Positions 37,963-48,515 of a stretch of DNA of 64,000 nucleotides are shown here, in pieces. The notes beneath the pieces are model-generated. The model had not been told where the DNA came from, searched no databases, and was given only the letters and a program-made list of their open reading frames with translations. The stretch lies in contig CBDFJG010000002.1 in NCBI GenBank assembly GCA_965248445.1, forward strand, positions 192,001 through 256,000. Direction: 5' to 3'. Source of the DNA: Planctomycetota bacterium. Its GTDB lineage: Bacteria; Planctomycetota; JAJSAM01; JAJVHW01. The translations under genes and the position numbers were made by a program. Each line of letters opens with the position of its first letter. Within the stretch, counting starts at the first letter, position 1.

Positions 37963-38339
37963 GCGACGACGGGCTCCGCTTCTTCCCGTGGCGGGATTGT
38001 GCAAATGAGCACGTCTTCCCCGATCGCGATGGCGATCGAAGCCGCTCCCAGTGTCGTGGCGCCGCTGACGGCGAACTGACCCAGCTCGTCCGTCGGCACC
38101 GTGTCCGGCGCGCCGTGCAAGCTCACGCTCGCACACGTCGGCGCGTCGTGGCCGTCGCGGGCGACCTGTCCGTGCACGTAGCGCACGCACTCGGCACCGT
38201 CGTGAACGACGAGGTCCACGGTGTACTCGCCCGACTGGAACACGAGAGACCGCTCCGCGCCGATGCCTCCCCGGCTGCCGGCGTGCGCTTGCGCGCGCGC
38301 AGAGTCGAACAGCAACTGACACTTGTGTGTCCGCATCAT
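37959..38339 (-). CDS. Small beta-sandwich hypothetical protein (CHAT/S8-locus associated)
   Basis: LLFDS...AGSR...LVF...VDL...HGQV...TDELGQF; start/stop overlaps on both sides. Confidence 0.65.
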   Translation of the reverse strand: MMRTHKCQLLFDSARAQAHAGSRGGIGAERSLVFQSGEYTVDLVVHDGAECVRYVHGQVARDGHDAPTCASVSLHGAPDTVPTDELGQFAVSGATTLGAASIAIAIGEDVLICTIPPREEAEPVVA

Positions 38340-38878
38340 GCTCCCCCTTCCCAGACGAGCACGCAGGGCGCGTCGTCGTCGTCGCCGAGTCGGAGTCCGT
38401 AGGCCCCCACGGGGTCGGACGACAGGTCGAACTCACCGAACTCATCCGTACTGGTGGTCGAGACCACCTCGCCCGGCTCGGCCCGCACCAGCGACAGCGG
38501 CAGCTCCGCCACCGGGTGGTGGATGCTGTCGCCGCGCGTGACCTGCCCCAGGAACTCCAGGCACTCCGGGGCCGCGAATTCGCGCACCAGGACGTCGACT
38601 TCATAGGGGCCGGCGCCGCAAACGAGCTTCGTGTCGGCGAGCATTCCGGCTCGCGAACCGCCCGATGCGTGCACCCGCTGAGGACGGATCCAGTTCGGAA
38701 GATCCGGTGCAACCGGCGCCCTCGCCCTCTGCTGGGCCGCGTGCACGATCTCACCGCACACCTTGCAGCCCGCGTTCAGGTGGTGGCGCGCCCACTCGAA
38801 GTGGTCCGCGCCCTGGTCGGTCGCCGTCGCGAAGCGGTGCAGCTCCGCCGCGGGTAGATGGATGGCGGTCGCGATCAT
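38336..38878 (-). CDS. Zinc-finger (HxxxxCxxC, anti-sigma-like) plus beta-sandwich protein
   Basis: HLNAGCKVC; C-terminal half (LV...YEVDV...LGQV...TDEFGEF) resembles 37959..38339. Confidence 0.65.
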   Translation of the reverse strand: MIATAIHLPAAELHRFATATDQGADHFEWARHHLNAGCKVCGEIVHAAQQRARAPVAPDLPNWIRPQRVHASGGSRAGMLADTKLVCGAGPYEVDVLVREFAAPECLEFLGQVTRGDSIHHPVAELPLSLVRAEPGEVVSTTSTDEFGEFDLSSDPVGAYGLRLGDDDDAPCVLVWEGGA

Positions 38879-40029
38879 CGGCCCACCATCCCGCGCAAGT
38901 CGAGGCGCCCTGTGTACCGGCTTCTACGGCCGTTGTGAGGCTTGACCGTCTCTGACGTGGCGCGCATCAGATCCTTCACCTCGCTCGGACGGATCCCGGG
39001 GTAAGCCTGGAGGGTCAGCGCGGCAGCGCCGCTGGCGATTCCCGTCGCGAACGACGTCCCGCTCCAGTACCCCCAGCTCTGTCCCACGGGGCCGAACAGA
39101 TCCACTCCCGGCGCAAGGACGTAATTCGAGTACGCGGAGTCGTCGTAGTTGGAGAACGGCGCGACGTTGTCGTCGTCGTCAGTCGCGCCAACACCCACTG
39201 TGCACAGCCACATCAGCGCATCGGCAGGGACCTCTTCGAGGCCCTGGTTGCCGGCCGAAGTGACCGTCATCACGCCCGCGTACTCGGCGTTCTTGAGTGC
39301 GAAGTACAGCTCCATGCTCGGAGCAGGCGCGCCCTCCACGGAGAGGTTGATGATGTCGGCGCCCATCTTGACGGCGTAGTTGATGCCGTCCGCGAGCTGC
39401 ACGTCGGTGCCACAGCCCTCGTCGTCGCGCACGCGGATAGGCATGATCGTCGCGTCAGGAGCCGCCAGGAGCACCATCGCCGCGGTGAATGTGCCGTGGC
39501 TCACGCCCCCATCGACGATCCCGTCGCGGTCGTCATCGAACCCGTTGCCGTGGTCGTTCGGGTCGGCGTCGCCGTCGACCATGTCGTACCCGGACATCGT
39601 GCGCCCGGCAATGGCCGGGTGCTGGTCGTCGAACCCGGCATCGAGCACTGCGACGACGACTCCGCGGCCGGTGGCGACCTCGTGCGCATGCTCCGCGTCG
39701 AGCACATCGAGGACCTCCGCGTTGACGTCGGAGAGCAGCGATGCGTCACCCTTGTAGAGCCTTGTCGTGCCGGCCGTGGGCTCGACGGACTGAGCGAGCA
39801 GCAGCTCATCGCTGCTGAGCACCGGCGTGTTGGTCGGATCGATCCCGCCGGTCATGTAATCACTCGACGTCGTCGTCTGGGTCGTGTCCGTCGTGTCCGT
39901 CGACGGCGTCGACTTCCGAGCAGACTTCTTCCCGCCCTTCCCGGCGAGCGCGGGCTCGCTGCCTACGCTGAGGGCCACAAAGAGCGCCAACGCCCCCAGG
40001 ACCCAGGTCTTCTTATTGAAGGACCGCAT
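38875..40029 (-). CDS. Secreted S8 (subtilisin-like) serine peptidase
   Basis: Signal peptide; VAVLDAG, HGTF, SAGN, SGTSFA catalytic motifs; ATG 40029 with AGGAG. Confidence 0.92.
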   Translation of the reverse strand: MRSFNKKTWVLGALALFVALSVGSEPALAGKGGKKSARKSTPSTDTTDTTQTTTSSDYMTGGIDPTNTPVLSSDELLLAQSVEPTAGTTRLYKGDASLLSDVNAEVLDVLDAEHAHEVATGRGVVVAVLDAGFDDQHPAIAGRTMSGYDMVDGDADPNDHGNGFDDDRDGIVDGGVSHGTFTAAMVLLAAPDATIMPIRVRDDEGCGTDVQLADGINYAVKMGADIINLSVEGAPAPSMELYFALKNAEYAGVMTVTSAGNQGLEEVPADALMWLCTVGVGATDDDDNVAPFSNYDDSAYSNYVLAPGVDLFGPVGQSWGYWSGTSFATGIASGAAALTLQAYPGIRPSEVKDLMRATSETVKPHNGRRSRYTGRLDLRGMVGR

Positions 40030-41438
40030 GTCTCTCTCCTGTTGCAGCACGCGCGGAGTGCGCGTTTTCGTTGAAAGCCTGTTCCCCGGCAGATGCGGGA
40101 GCGTTCACACGCTCCGCGTGTCCACCCGCGACCGGACGACCCGTAAGGAAGAAGGGGGCCCAGTAGTAGGGATGCGGGTGTTCGCGGCGGATGTCCGCCA
40201 TCGCCGCACGGAGAGCCGCAGCTGCGTCTCCCTGCGCGCGAAGGTGGCGGTAGAAGCTCGCCATGAGCTCGGTCGTGACGGCGTCGTGCACGCGCCACTG
40301 GCTGGTGAGCAGAGCGGGCGCGCCGGCGTAGAGGAACCCGCGGGTCAGCCCGAGGATCTCGTCGCCCCGCGTGACGTCCGCTGTGCCGCTCTCGCATGTC
40401 GACAGCACGACCAGTTCGCCGCGCACGTCGAGGTCGTACAGGTCATAGAGGTTGACCCACTTGTCCGCGAGGCGAATGGACGACAACATTGGCTGGTCCG
40501 GCCGGAACATGCCGTGCGTGGCGATGTGGACGAAGCGCGCCTCCTGCACCTCCGTGCGCAGCCGCTCGAACGTGGCGTGCTCGCGCAGGTAGACGTGGTC
40601 GCTCTCGAGGACCGCGGCGACGCGGTGCGCCTCATCCTCGATCTGGGGCGCCAGTTCGTCCGGAAGCCCGAACACGCACGCTCCGCCGTCCGCCGACGGG
40701 CGCGTCTCGCCGCAATGCGCGTAGACCGCGGCGCTCGGGGCGTAGATGACCTCGAACTCGTCGGCAACCCAGCCGTCGCCCCACGGCAGCGCGTGGACCG
40801 GCAGGTGGTGGAGGACGCCGTGCGGGATGATGACGAGCCGCTTGGCCGTCAGGTGCTCGGCGATCGGAGCCAGCACGATGTCGGCAAGTTTCGTGAGATT
40901 CTTGCGCGTGGCGTGAAGCACTGCGTCCTCGCTCACCGGCTCGGTGCGCTGGAACTTCGACAGATGGAAGTGGAAGCGCAGCAGGAGGTGGTGCAGCTCG
41001 TGCTCGGTCGCCGGACGCGAGACGACGCGTACCTCGTCTTGCGTCACGAAGAACGTGAACAGACGGTCACTGGCGAGGAAGAACTCGATCAGCGCGACGC
41101 CCGGCTCGAGATCACGCTGCACCTCCGCGAGCGTCGGCGCTTCGACGGTCTGCAGCGACCGCGTCTGACGATCGAGCAGCCGGTCGTCCCGTAGCAGGTG
41201 CGCGATGCGGTCCTCGATGCCGGCGGCCTGCTGGCGGATCGCGCGGACGGATCGCGCACTGCGCTCCTCCGGCCGGTCGCCCGCGTCGAAGAGTCTCTGA
41301 TAGAGCGCCGTCAGTCGCTCGCGCAGGTGCGTCACTCGCGGGGACACGCGGCGATCCGGGGCTGCGCCTTCGTTCGACGAGCGCCGGTCGGCGAGCAAGT
41401 CGACGAGCGCGCGGGACTTGGCCCGCTCCGCCGTCTCG
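40013..41438 (-). pseudogene. CHAT-domain (caspase-like) protein, C-terminal remnant truncated by IS66
   Basis: Frame reads ETAERAKSRALVDLL from the IS edge; IIPHGVLHHLP, HIATHG (His), LSTCESG (Cys), SQWRV.D, HPYYWAPF; no N-terminal TPR region. Confidence 0.85.
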
Positions 41439-42938
41439 GTAACCGTTCACCCCTTGACAGCGTGTGAGCCTCAGCGTGCGACGGGCAGCGGGACCATGAC
41501 GGGCGGGTCGGCGCCGGTGAGGTGCGCGGCGACCGAGTCGGCGAGGAAGTCGAAGACTTGGTCGCCACGGCGTCGCAGCGTGGCCGCGGCGGTCAACACG
41601 CGCTCGGCGAAGCGGAGTCCGCGAGCGGACTGGCTTCCGAAGGAGCCCTTGCGCCAGAGCACCGCTTTGCGGACCGCGCGCTCGGCGGCGTTGTTCGTCG
41701 GACTCACGTCCTGGGTCCGCGCATAGGTGAAGAGGGCGACCACGCGGGGGCGCAGATGGTTGGCCAGAGCCGAGTCGTCGTTCGCGATCAGTCGCTCGAG
41801 CCGTCCGCGCAGCACAGCGGCTTCGCCTTGCAGCCGGTCACGGTCGCCGTGCTCACCGAAGAGCCGGTAGCTGCGCATGACCGACTGCGCGATCATGACG
41901 CCCTTGTTGCCGAAGCGGCGATGTCCTCGCGGGCCTTCGGCCAGCGCACGGAAGGCGCGCTCGATGTGCGCCCAGCAGAGCTGGCGGCGGGCAAGTGGGT
42001 GTGACTCGTAGGCACCCATCCGGTCGCTGATCACCGTGCCACCGAAGCGCCGCCCGATCAGCCGCCCTTTCGCCTTGGCACTGCGGCGGCGATCGATCCC
42101 GAAGGCTGTGGCGTGCTCGCTCTCCGCCGCCCACAGCCAGCACACCCGGCCCCGTTCCTTCCACGACGTCTCGTCCACGTTGGCTCGCAGCGACGTGCGG
42201 ACTGCCCCGAGGGCTTCGAGGTACGACGAGTGCAGAGCGTCACTGAGCCGACGCTCACAGTCGCTGATCTTGCCCAGCGACATCTTCACACCGAAGATCT
42301 CACCGAGCAGCCGCTGCGTCTCCCGCACGCTCACGCGGTACACGCCGCGCAGCGCGCCGGCAAGTGTGGTCAGCCGCGGACCGAAGGCCCCGGTCGGCAC
42401 GCCATCGGGCAGGACCGCCGTCGTGACCGCACGACAGCGCCGGCACCGCGCCTTGTGCAGCCGGTGTTCCCGCACCGTGACGAGCACGCGCGGGAGCACC
42501 GTCACCTGGTGCCGGTACGGATCGCCGATGCCCTGCTCGAGATCGTCGTGTCCGCACGCGTCGCAGAGGTCGGGACGGTGCTCCTTGGTCTCATCGACGT
42601 TGGACGGATCCACCAGCTCGCGCGCCGTGCCCTCATGGCCCGGCTGTCCGCCCTGCTGGCGACCGCTACGCGGCCTTCGGCCGCGACGGCGCTTGGACCA
42701 CGCCGGGTCCGACGACGGAGGCCTCGAGCTGTTGCGGGAGTCACGCTTCAGACGCGACTCGAGCTCGTCGATGCGGCGCAGATGCTTCGCTTCGCGACGC
42801 TCCAGCTCCTCGATCCAGGCCAGAAGGCCCTCGACCATCGCCCGCAGATCCTCGTCCTGCCGCTCGCCCACAACATCTTGATCGACCGATGGCCGAACGA
42901 TCTGGATCCTGGCTCGCGACGAAGGGGTGAACGGTTAC
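41439..42938 (-). mobile_element. IS66-family insertion sequence, single-ORF (ISBst12-like), 1500 bp
   Basis: Perfect 17-bp terminal inverted repeats GTAACCGTTCACCCCTT at 41439..41455 and 42922..42938. Confidence 0.93.
41471..42871 (-). CDS. IS66-family DDE transposase (TnpC-like)
   Basis: Coiled coil, SRNSSRPPSSD, CDACG/CRRC zinc finger, VDETSW, SDR, QLCWAH, PTNNAAERAVR. Confidence 0.95.
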   Translation of the reverse strand: MGERQDEDLRAMVEGLLAWIEELERREAKHLRRIDELESRLKRDSRNSSRPPSSDPAWSKRRRGRRPRSGRQQGGQPGHEGTARELVDPSNVDETKEHRPDLCDACGHDDLEQGIGDPYRHQVTVLPRVLVTVREHRLHKARCRRCRAVTTAVLPDGVPTGAFGPRLTTLAGALRGVYRVSVRETQRLLGEIFGVKMSLGKISDCERRLSDALHSSYLEALGAVRTSLRANVDETSWKERGRVCWLWAAESEHATAFGIDRRRSAKAKGRLIGRRFGGTVISDRMGAYESHPLARRQLCWAHIERAFRALAEGPRGHRRFGNKGVMIAQSVMRSYRLFGEHGDRDRLQGEAAVLRGRLERLIANDDSALANHLRPRVVALFTYARTQDVSPTNNAAERAVRKAVLWRKGSFGSQSARGLRFAERVLTAAATLRRRGDQVFDFLADSVAAHLTGADPPVMVPLPVAR

Positions 42939-43203
42939 GGATCGCGGGGGCGATCCTCGGCCACGCTTCGGACGCTTGTCCCCCTCCTCCGCGTCCTCCA
43001 GACGCTACGGAGGGCTACGGTCGCGGCGCTTGCGGCGCAACCGCCCCGCCCTCCGCGATTCACGCAACAAGGGCAACCCCCTACAGCTGAGCCTTCGCGG
43101 GACTGCAGCGAATCGCGAGGGCAAGCCGGTTGCGTAGCAATCGGTATGACCGAAGCCCTCCATAGCGGTCGCTCCTGCTGCCGAAGCCATTTGTGATGGC
43201 TTC

Positions 43204-43232
43204 CGCCCACTCGCCCACTCGCCCACTCGCCC
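43204..43232. repeat. 8-bp tandem repeat (CGCCCACT) x3.6
   Basis: cgcccact cgcccact cgcccact cgccc. Confidence 0.85.
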
Positions 43233-43296
43233 GCTGGCACGCGGGCTTGTGTCGCCGGCGTTCGTCGGCGCCCCTGCACGGGCGTGACGACGCCCG

Positions 43297-44703
43297 CTAG
43301 AACTCGAGCTGGAAGCGCATGCCGAGCATGTCGTAGTCGCCGAGGTCGTCGACCTGGCCCTTCAGCAGGTTGAGCATCACGCGGGTGTGCGGGTTCAAGT
43401 ACCAGTTCACACCGAACGTCCACTGGTCGATGTCGGGCGCGGAACCGGCCGCACCGGTAGGGCTCCATGTGTCGAAGCGCATCGCGACCTCGACGGCGCC
43501 CGGGCCGTCGGCGTCGCCGTAGTTCTTGCGGGGCTCGACGCGGCCCCAGCTGTTGCTCTTCCGACTGTACGGCCGGCTCTCGCCCGTCAGGAAGTACCCG
43601 AGTGTGACGGCCCACGCAGCGACCTCGGCGTCGCCCGAAGCGCCGTCGGCGTCGAACGCCGCATGCGCCCACTCGGCCTCGAAGTGCAGCGACCCGTTGA
43701 CGTATCCGGTCTCGAGGCCGTAGAGGCGACCCTCGTCCGACATGTCGGTGAGCTTCACGGCGCTGAGGCGGTTGGATGTCAGGTGCTGGCCGCCGCGCGT
43801 GCGGAGAGTGACCGTCTCGTTCGCCGGGTTGCGCAGGGCGCCGCTCACGCCGAAGTGCACGAGGTGGTTCTCGCCGATGCTGGTGTCTTCCCATACGACT
43901 CCGGCGAGCCGGCCCGAGAAGTTCCACTCGCCCTGGCTCGTGTTGCCTACGTCGTCACCGAACCCGTCGGACTCGCGGAACGCGCCGACGGCCCAGCCCC
44001 AGTTTCCGTCGATGCTGTCGCGCACGCTGATGCCGATGTTGTGACCCGGCGCCAGCGCGGCGACCGTCGAGCGCTCCATGAACGTGATGTACTTGCTGCT
44101 GGTGTTGTTGTTCAGGCCGATGGGTTCCTTCTGGTTGCCCACCGTGATCAGGCCGAGACACGGCTGATCGAGCGTCATGTACACGTCCTCGAAGCCGACG
44201 TCGCCGTCCGTGAAGTCGAACTGCGCCTTGAAGCCGACGTTGCCGTAGATCTTCCCGGCCATGTACAGGCGCGCGCGGCGGAACTCGGTGCCGCTCTCGA
44301 CCTTCTCCGCGGGCGCCGGCGGATCCTCTTGCGACCCGAGGAGGCGCTCGATCGCGTTGTCGAAGTCGCCGTTCCAGTAGTCGAGCATGATCCGCCCGCC
44401 GATCTGGAGCTTGAAGTCGCCGTCGGCGGAGTCCGCCAGCAGGCCGCCCTTCCAGTAGCTGGTCAGGCCGGTGTCGCCCGCGCTCACAGCGCGCTCGAGT
44501 TCGGCGATCCGCGCGGACAGCTCCGTCGACGCGCCGGCCTGCGTGCCCGCCGTGAGCCGCTCGACCTGTGCCTCGAGTTCGAGCAATCGCTGCTCGAGCC
44601 GTGCTGCGCGCTCCGCGGAGCCTTCTTCCGCCAGTGCTACCGGTGAAAACGCGGCGAACGCCACGGCGGCGATCGCCGTCCAGTTGTTGAGATTGAGTCT
44701 CAA
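43297..44703 (-). CDS. OprO/OprP-family phosphate-selective porin
   Basis: TTG 44703 with GGAGAG; signal peptide, coiled coil, EFRRARL, SSKYITFMERS, YFLTGE, GVNWYLN, terminal Phe. Confidence 0.9.
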   Translation of the reverse strand: MRLNLNNWTAIAAVAFAAFSPVALAEEGSAERAARLEQRLLELEAQVERLTAGTQAGASTELSARIAELERAVSAGDTGLTSYWKGGLLADSADGDFKLQIGGRIMLDYWNGDFDNAIERLLGSQEDPPAPAEKVESGTEFRRARLYMAGKIYGNVGFKAQFDFTDGDVGFEDVYMTLDQPCLGLITVGNQKEPIGLNNNTSSKYITFMERSTVAALAPGHNIGISVRDSIDGNWGWAVGAFRESDGFGDDVGNTSQGEWNFSGRLAGVVWEDTSIGENHLVHFGVSGALRNPANETVTLRTRGGQHLTSNRLSAVKLTDMSDEGRLYGLETGYVNGSLHFEAEWAHAAFDADGASGDAEVAAWAVTLGYFLTGESRPYSRKSNSWGRVEPRKNYGDADGPGAVEVAMRFDTWSPTGAAGSAPDIDQWTFGVNWYLNPHTRVMLNLLKGQVDDLGDYDMLGMRFQLEF

Positions 44704-44793
44704 TTGGCTCTCCGGCGCGGCAATCTGACACGGGGCACCGGCTCCGCACACTGAATTCAGACGTCCTTCACGATTGCGAGACTTCGCCGTCCG

Positions 44794-45519
44794 ATGGCGA
44801 TCCGCGCGTCCGGTGACCAGGGTCTCCCCTTCGAGGTCGTTCGATCCCGGAGGCGCAGCATCGGCGTCACCGTTCACGAGGACGGCCGCATCGAGGTGCG
44901 GGCTCCGCGAGGGGTCTCCCAGCGCCAGATCCAACAGACGGTCCGCGAGAACCACGAGTGGATCGTGCGGACGCGCGCCAAGCACATGGAGCGCACACAG
45001 CACGTCCGCGAGCGGCGCTTCGATGACGGAGACACTGTCCCGTACCGGGGCGGGCGCCTCGTGCTGCGCGTGCGCGAGGCGCCGGGGACGCCGGCTTCAC
45101 CGCCGATTCGGCGAGCGGATGAACTCCACGTCGAGGTGCCCGGGGCGCTCGGCCTGCCCGAGCGCCGCCGGGTCGCGCGCGAGGCGGTGGGCCGATGGTT
45201 GCTCGCGGAAGCGCAGCGGGTCTTCCACGAGCGCCACCTGGCCGCCGCCGAGCGGGTCGGCCTGCGCGCGCGTTCGCTCACGATCAAGCACATGACGACC
45301 CGCTGGGGGAGCTGTGGCCGCGAGGGCCGCATGAGTCTCGACTGGCGTCTCGTGATGGCTCCGCCGCACGTCCTCGACTACGTGCTCGTGCACGAATTGG
45401 TGCATATCGAGGTGCACGACCACTCCCGCCGCTTCTGGGCGCGGGTGGCCACCGCCTGCCGGCACTACCGCCGCAGCCGTCGGTGGCTCTCGGAGCACGC
45501 CTCCGGCCTTGCCCTCTGA
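44794..45519 (+). CDS. YgjP/DUF45-family (SprT-like) zinc metallopeptidase
   Basis: RSRRRSI, TRWGSC, DYVLVHELVH, HSRRFW. Confidence 0.9.
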   Translation: MAIRASGDQGLPFEVVRSRRRSIGVTVHEDGRIEVRAPRGVSQRQIQQTVRENHEWIVRTRAKHMERTQHVRERRFDDGDTVPYRGGRLVLRVREAPGTPASPPIRRADELHVEVPGALGLPERRRVAREAVGRWLLAEAQRVFHERHLAAAERVGLRARSLTIKHMTTRWGSCGREGRMSLDWRLVMAPPHVLDYVLVHELVHIEVHDHSRRFWARVATACRHYRRSRRWLSEHASGLAL

Positions 45520-45607
45520 GGCTGTAGCACGCCCTCCTGGGAGCGCGCCCGGACGGGGCCCGCGGAGTCCGTGCCCACCCGCACGCTCTCGCTCGTAGAT
45601 TCACCGG

Positions 45608-46599
<992 letters not shown>

Positions 46600-46600
<1 letters not shown>

Positions 46601-47559
46601 TGGCCAGGCACGCGACCGCTCCCTCATCCGCGGCCCCGACGGACGATGCGACTGTGGCGCTGCCGGCGGACGTGCTCGCGGCGGTGAAGCGCATTCAGAT
46701 GCGCGCGCGTCGCGCGGTGGATGACGGCCTCGCGGGCCAGTATCTCTCTACGTTTCGTGGCTCCGGCATGGAGTTCGACGAGGTCCGCGTGTATGCGCCG
46801 GGCGACGACGTGCGGACGATCGACTGGAACGTGACCGCGCGCACCGGAATCCCGCACATCAAGCGGTACGTCGAGGAGCGCGAGCAAACGGTGCTGTTGG
46901 CGGCGGACGTTTCCGGATCTGCGGGGTTCGGGTCGCGGTTTCGCACGCGCGCCGAGGTGGCGGCCGAACTGTGCGCACTCCTGGCGCTGTCGGCGGTCAC
47001 CAACAACGATAAGGTGGGCCTGCTGCTGTTCGACGACGAGGTCGAACGCTACATCCCTCCCAAGAAGGGCCGCCGCCACGTGCTGCGCGTCATTCGCGAC
47101 GTGCTCTCTCACCAGGGGCGGGGCCGCGGCACCGCGATCGAGGATGCCGTCGCGTATCTGACACGGGTGCAGCGGCGTCACGCGACGGTGTTCGTCGTGA
47201 GCGATTTCCTCGTGCCAGAGGCGAGATGGGAGCCGATCACGACCGCACTGTCGATTGCGGCGCGGCGCCACGACGTCATCGCCGTGACGCTCGACGACCC
47301 GCGTGAGCGTGCCTTGCCGCCGGTGGGGCTCGTCGATCTGCGCGATCTCGAGACCGGCGAGAGCGTCTTGGTCGATTCGTCCAACCGCCGCGTTCGCGAT
47401 GAATATGCGGAGCGCGCCGAACGGCGAGCCACTCAGCGGGCGGCCTCGCTGCGGCGCGCGGGTGTGGACGAGATCGTCGTCGACATCGGCGGCGATTGGG
47501 TGGCGCCCCTGGTGCAGTTCTTCCATCGCCGCGCGGGCCGGCGGAGGCGGCACGCATGA
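46600..47559 (+). CDS. DUF58 family protein
   Basis: GSGMEFDEVRVY.PGDDVRTIDWNVTAR, DVSGS, SDF. Confidence 0.93.
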
Positions 47560-48515
47560 GACGACTCGTCCTCTGCGGCGTGTGGCTGTTGCTCGCCGCT
47601 CCCGCGTCGGCGGAGACCTCCGTCGTCACCGCCGAGGACGGCGGCGCCCGCGCGACGTTCACGGCGGAGCCCTCGCGCGTGGCGCTCGGCGAACCGGTCA
47701 CGCTGACGCTCGAAGTCAGCGAGCCCGCCGACGGGCGGATCGTGTCGGCCGTGGATCTCGCGGCGCTCGTTCGCGCGTCGCTCGGTGCAGACATCGCCGA
47801 GGTGCGCGGCGTCGATCGCGGCGAGGGCAGGATCACCGCGACGCTCCACGTCTACGACGCAGGGTCGTTCGAGTTGCCCGCGGTGGATCTCGAGATCGCC
47901 GTCGGAGACGCACCCGCGCGGATCGTGCGCCTCGCGGGTCTCTCGGTCGACGTGGGCGAGGTCATCGAAGACGGCGCTCCGCCGCACGTGGAGCGAGGTG
48001 CTCTCGCTCTTCCGGGCGACCCGCTGCTGTGGCCGTGGCTGCTGCTGTGGGGCGCACTGCTCTTGGCACTCGGCCTTGTGGTGTGGTCGCGGCGCCGCTC
48101 TCTGCGACCGCTCCCGCCACCGCCTCCGCCCGCACCACCGCACAGTCGCGCGCTCGCCGCGCTCGACTCGCTCTTGGCCGACCGTTTGCCGGAGAGCGGG
48201 CGGGTGGAACCGTTCTTCGTCCGGCTCAGCGAGATCGCGCGCCACTACGTCGAGGGCCGATTCGGCGTCCGCGCACCGGAGCAGACGACGGAGGAGTTCC
48301 TCGTGGAACTCGGGACTGGTGTCACCGGTGGGCTCGGACCGCAGAGGGGTCTGCTCCGATCATTCCTCGAACGCGCCGACCTGGTGAAGTTCGCGCGGGA
48401 CGTCCCGGACGTCGGCACCTGCCGTGCGGCCGCCGACGACGTGCGCCGGCTCGTCGTCACGACCGCGCCGACCACCCAGACGGCGACATCGAGCGCGAGT
48501 GAGGCGGTGGCGTGA
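47556..48515 (+). CDS. Bat-operon single-pass membrane protein
   Basis: Signal peptide, TM, poly-Pro, EQTTEEF, ADLVKFA; ATGA overlap. Confidence 0.8.
   Translation: MRRLVLCGVWLLLAAPASAETSVVTAEDGGARATFTAEPSRVALGEPVTLTLEVSEPADGRIVSAVDLAALVRASLGADIAEVRGVDRGEGRITATLHVYDAGSFELPAVDLEIAVGDAPARIVRLAGLSVDVGEVIEDGAPPHVERGALALPGDPLLWPWLLLWGALLLALGLVVWSRRRSLRPLPPPPPPAPPHSRALAALDSLLADRLPESGRVEPFFVRLSEIARHYVEGRFGVRAPEQTTEEFLVELGTGVTGGLGPQRGLLRSFLERADLVKFARDVPDVGTCRAAADDVRRLVVTTAPTTQTATSSASEAVA

Noticed and set aside
37963..38754. N-terminal extension of the 535-aa histidine kinase ORF as a sensor domain
   Set aside because: Overlaps two better-supported small genes in other frames and reads as shadow sequence
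41399..41471. Transposase-CHAT translational fusion
   Set aside because: The transposase stops at 41471 and the CHAT frame has a TGA inside the IS end
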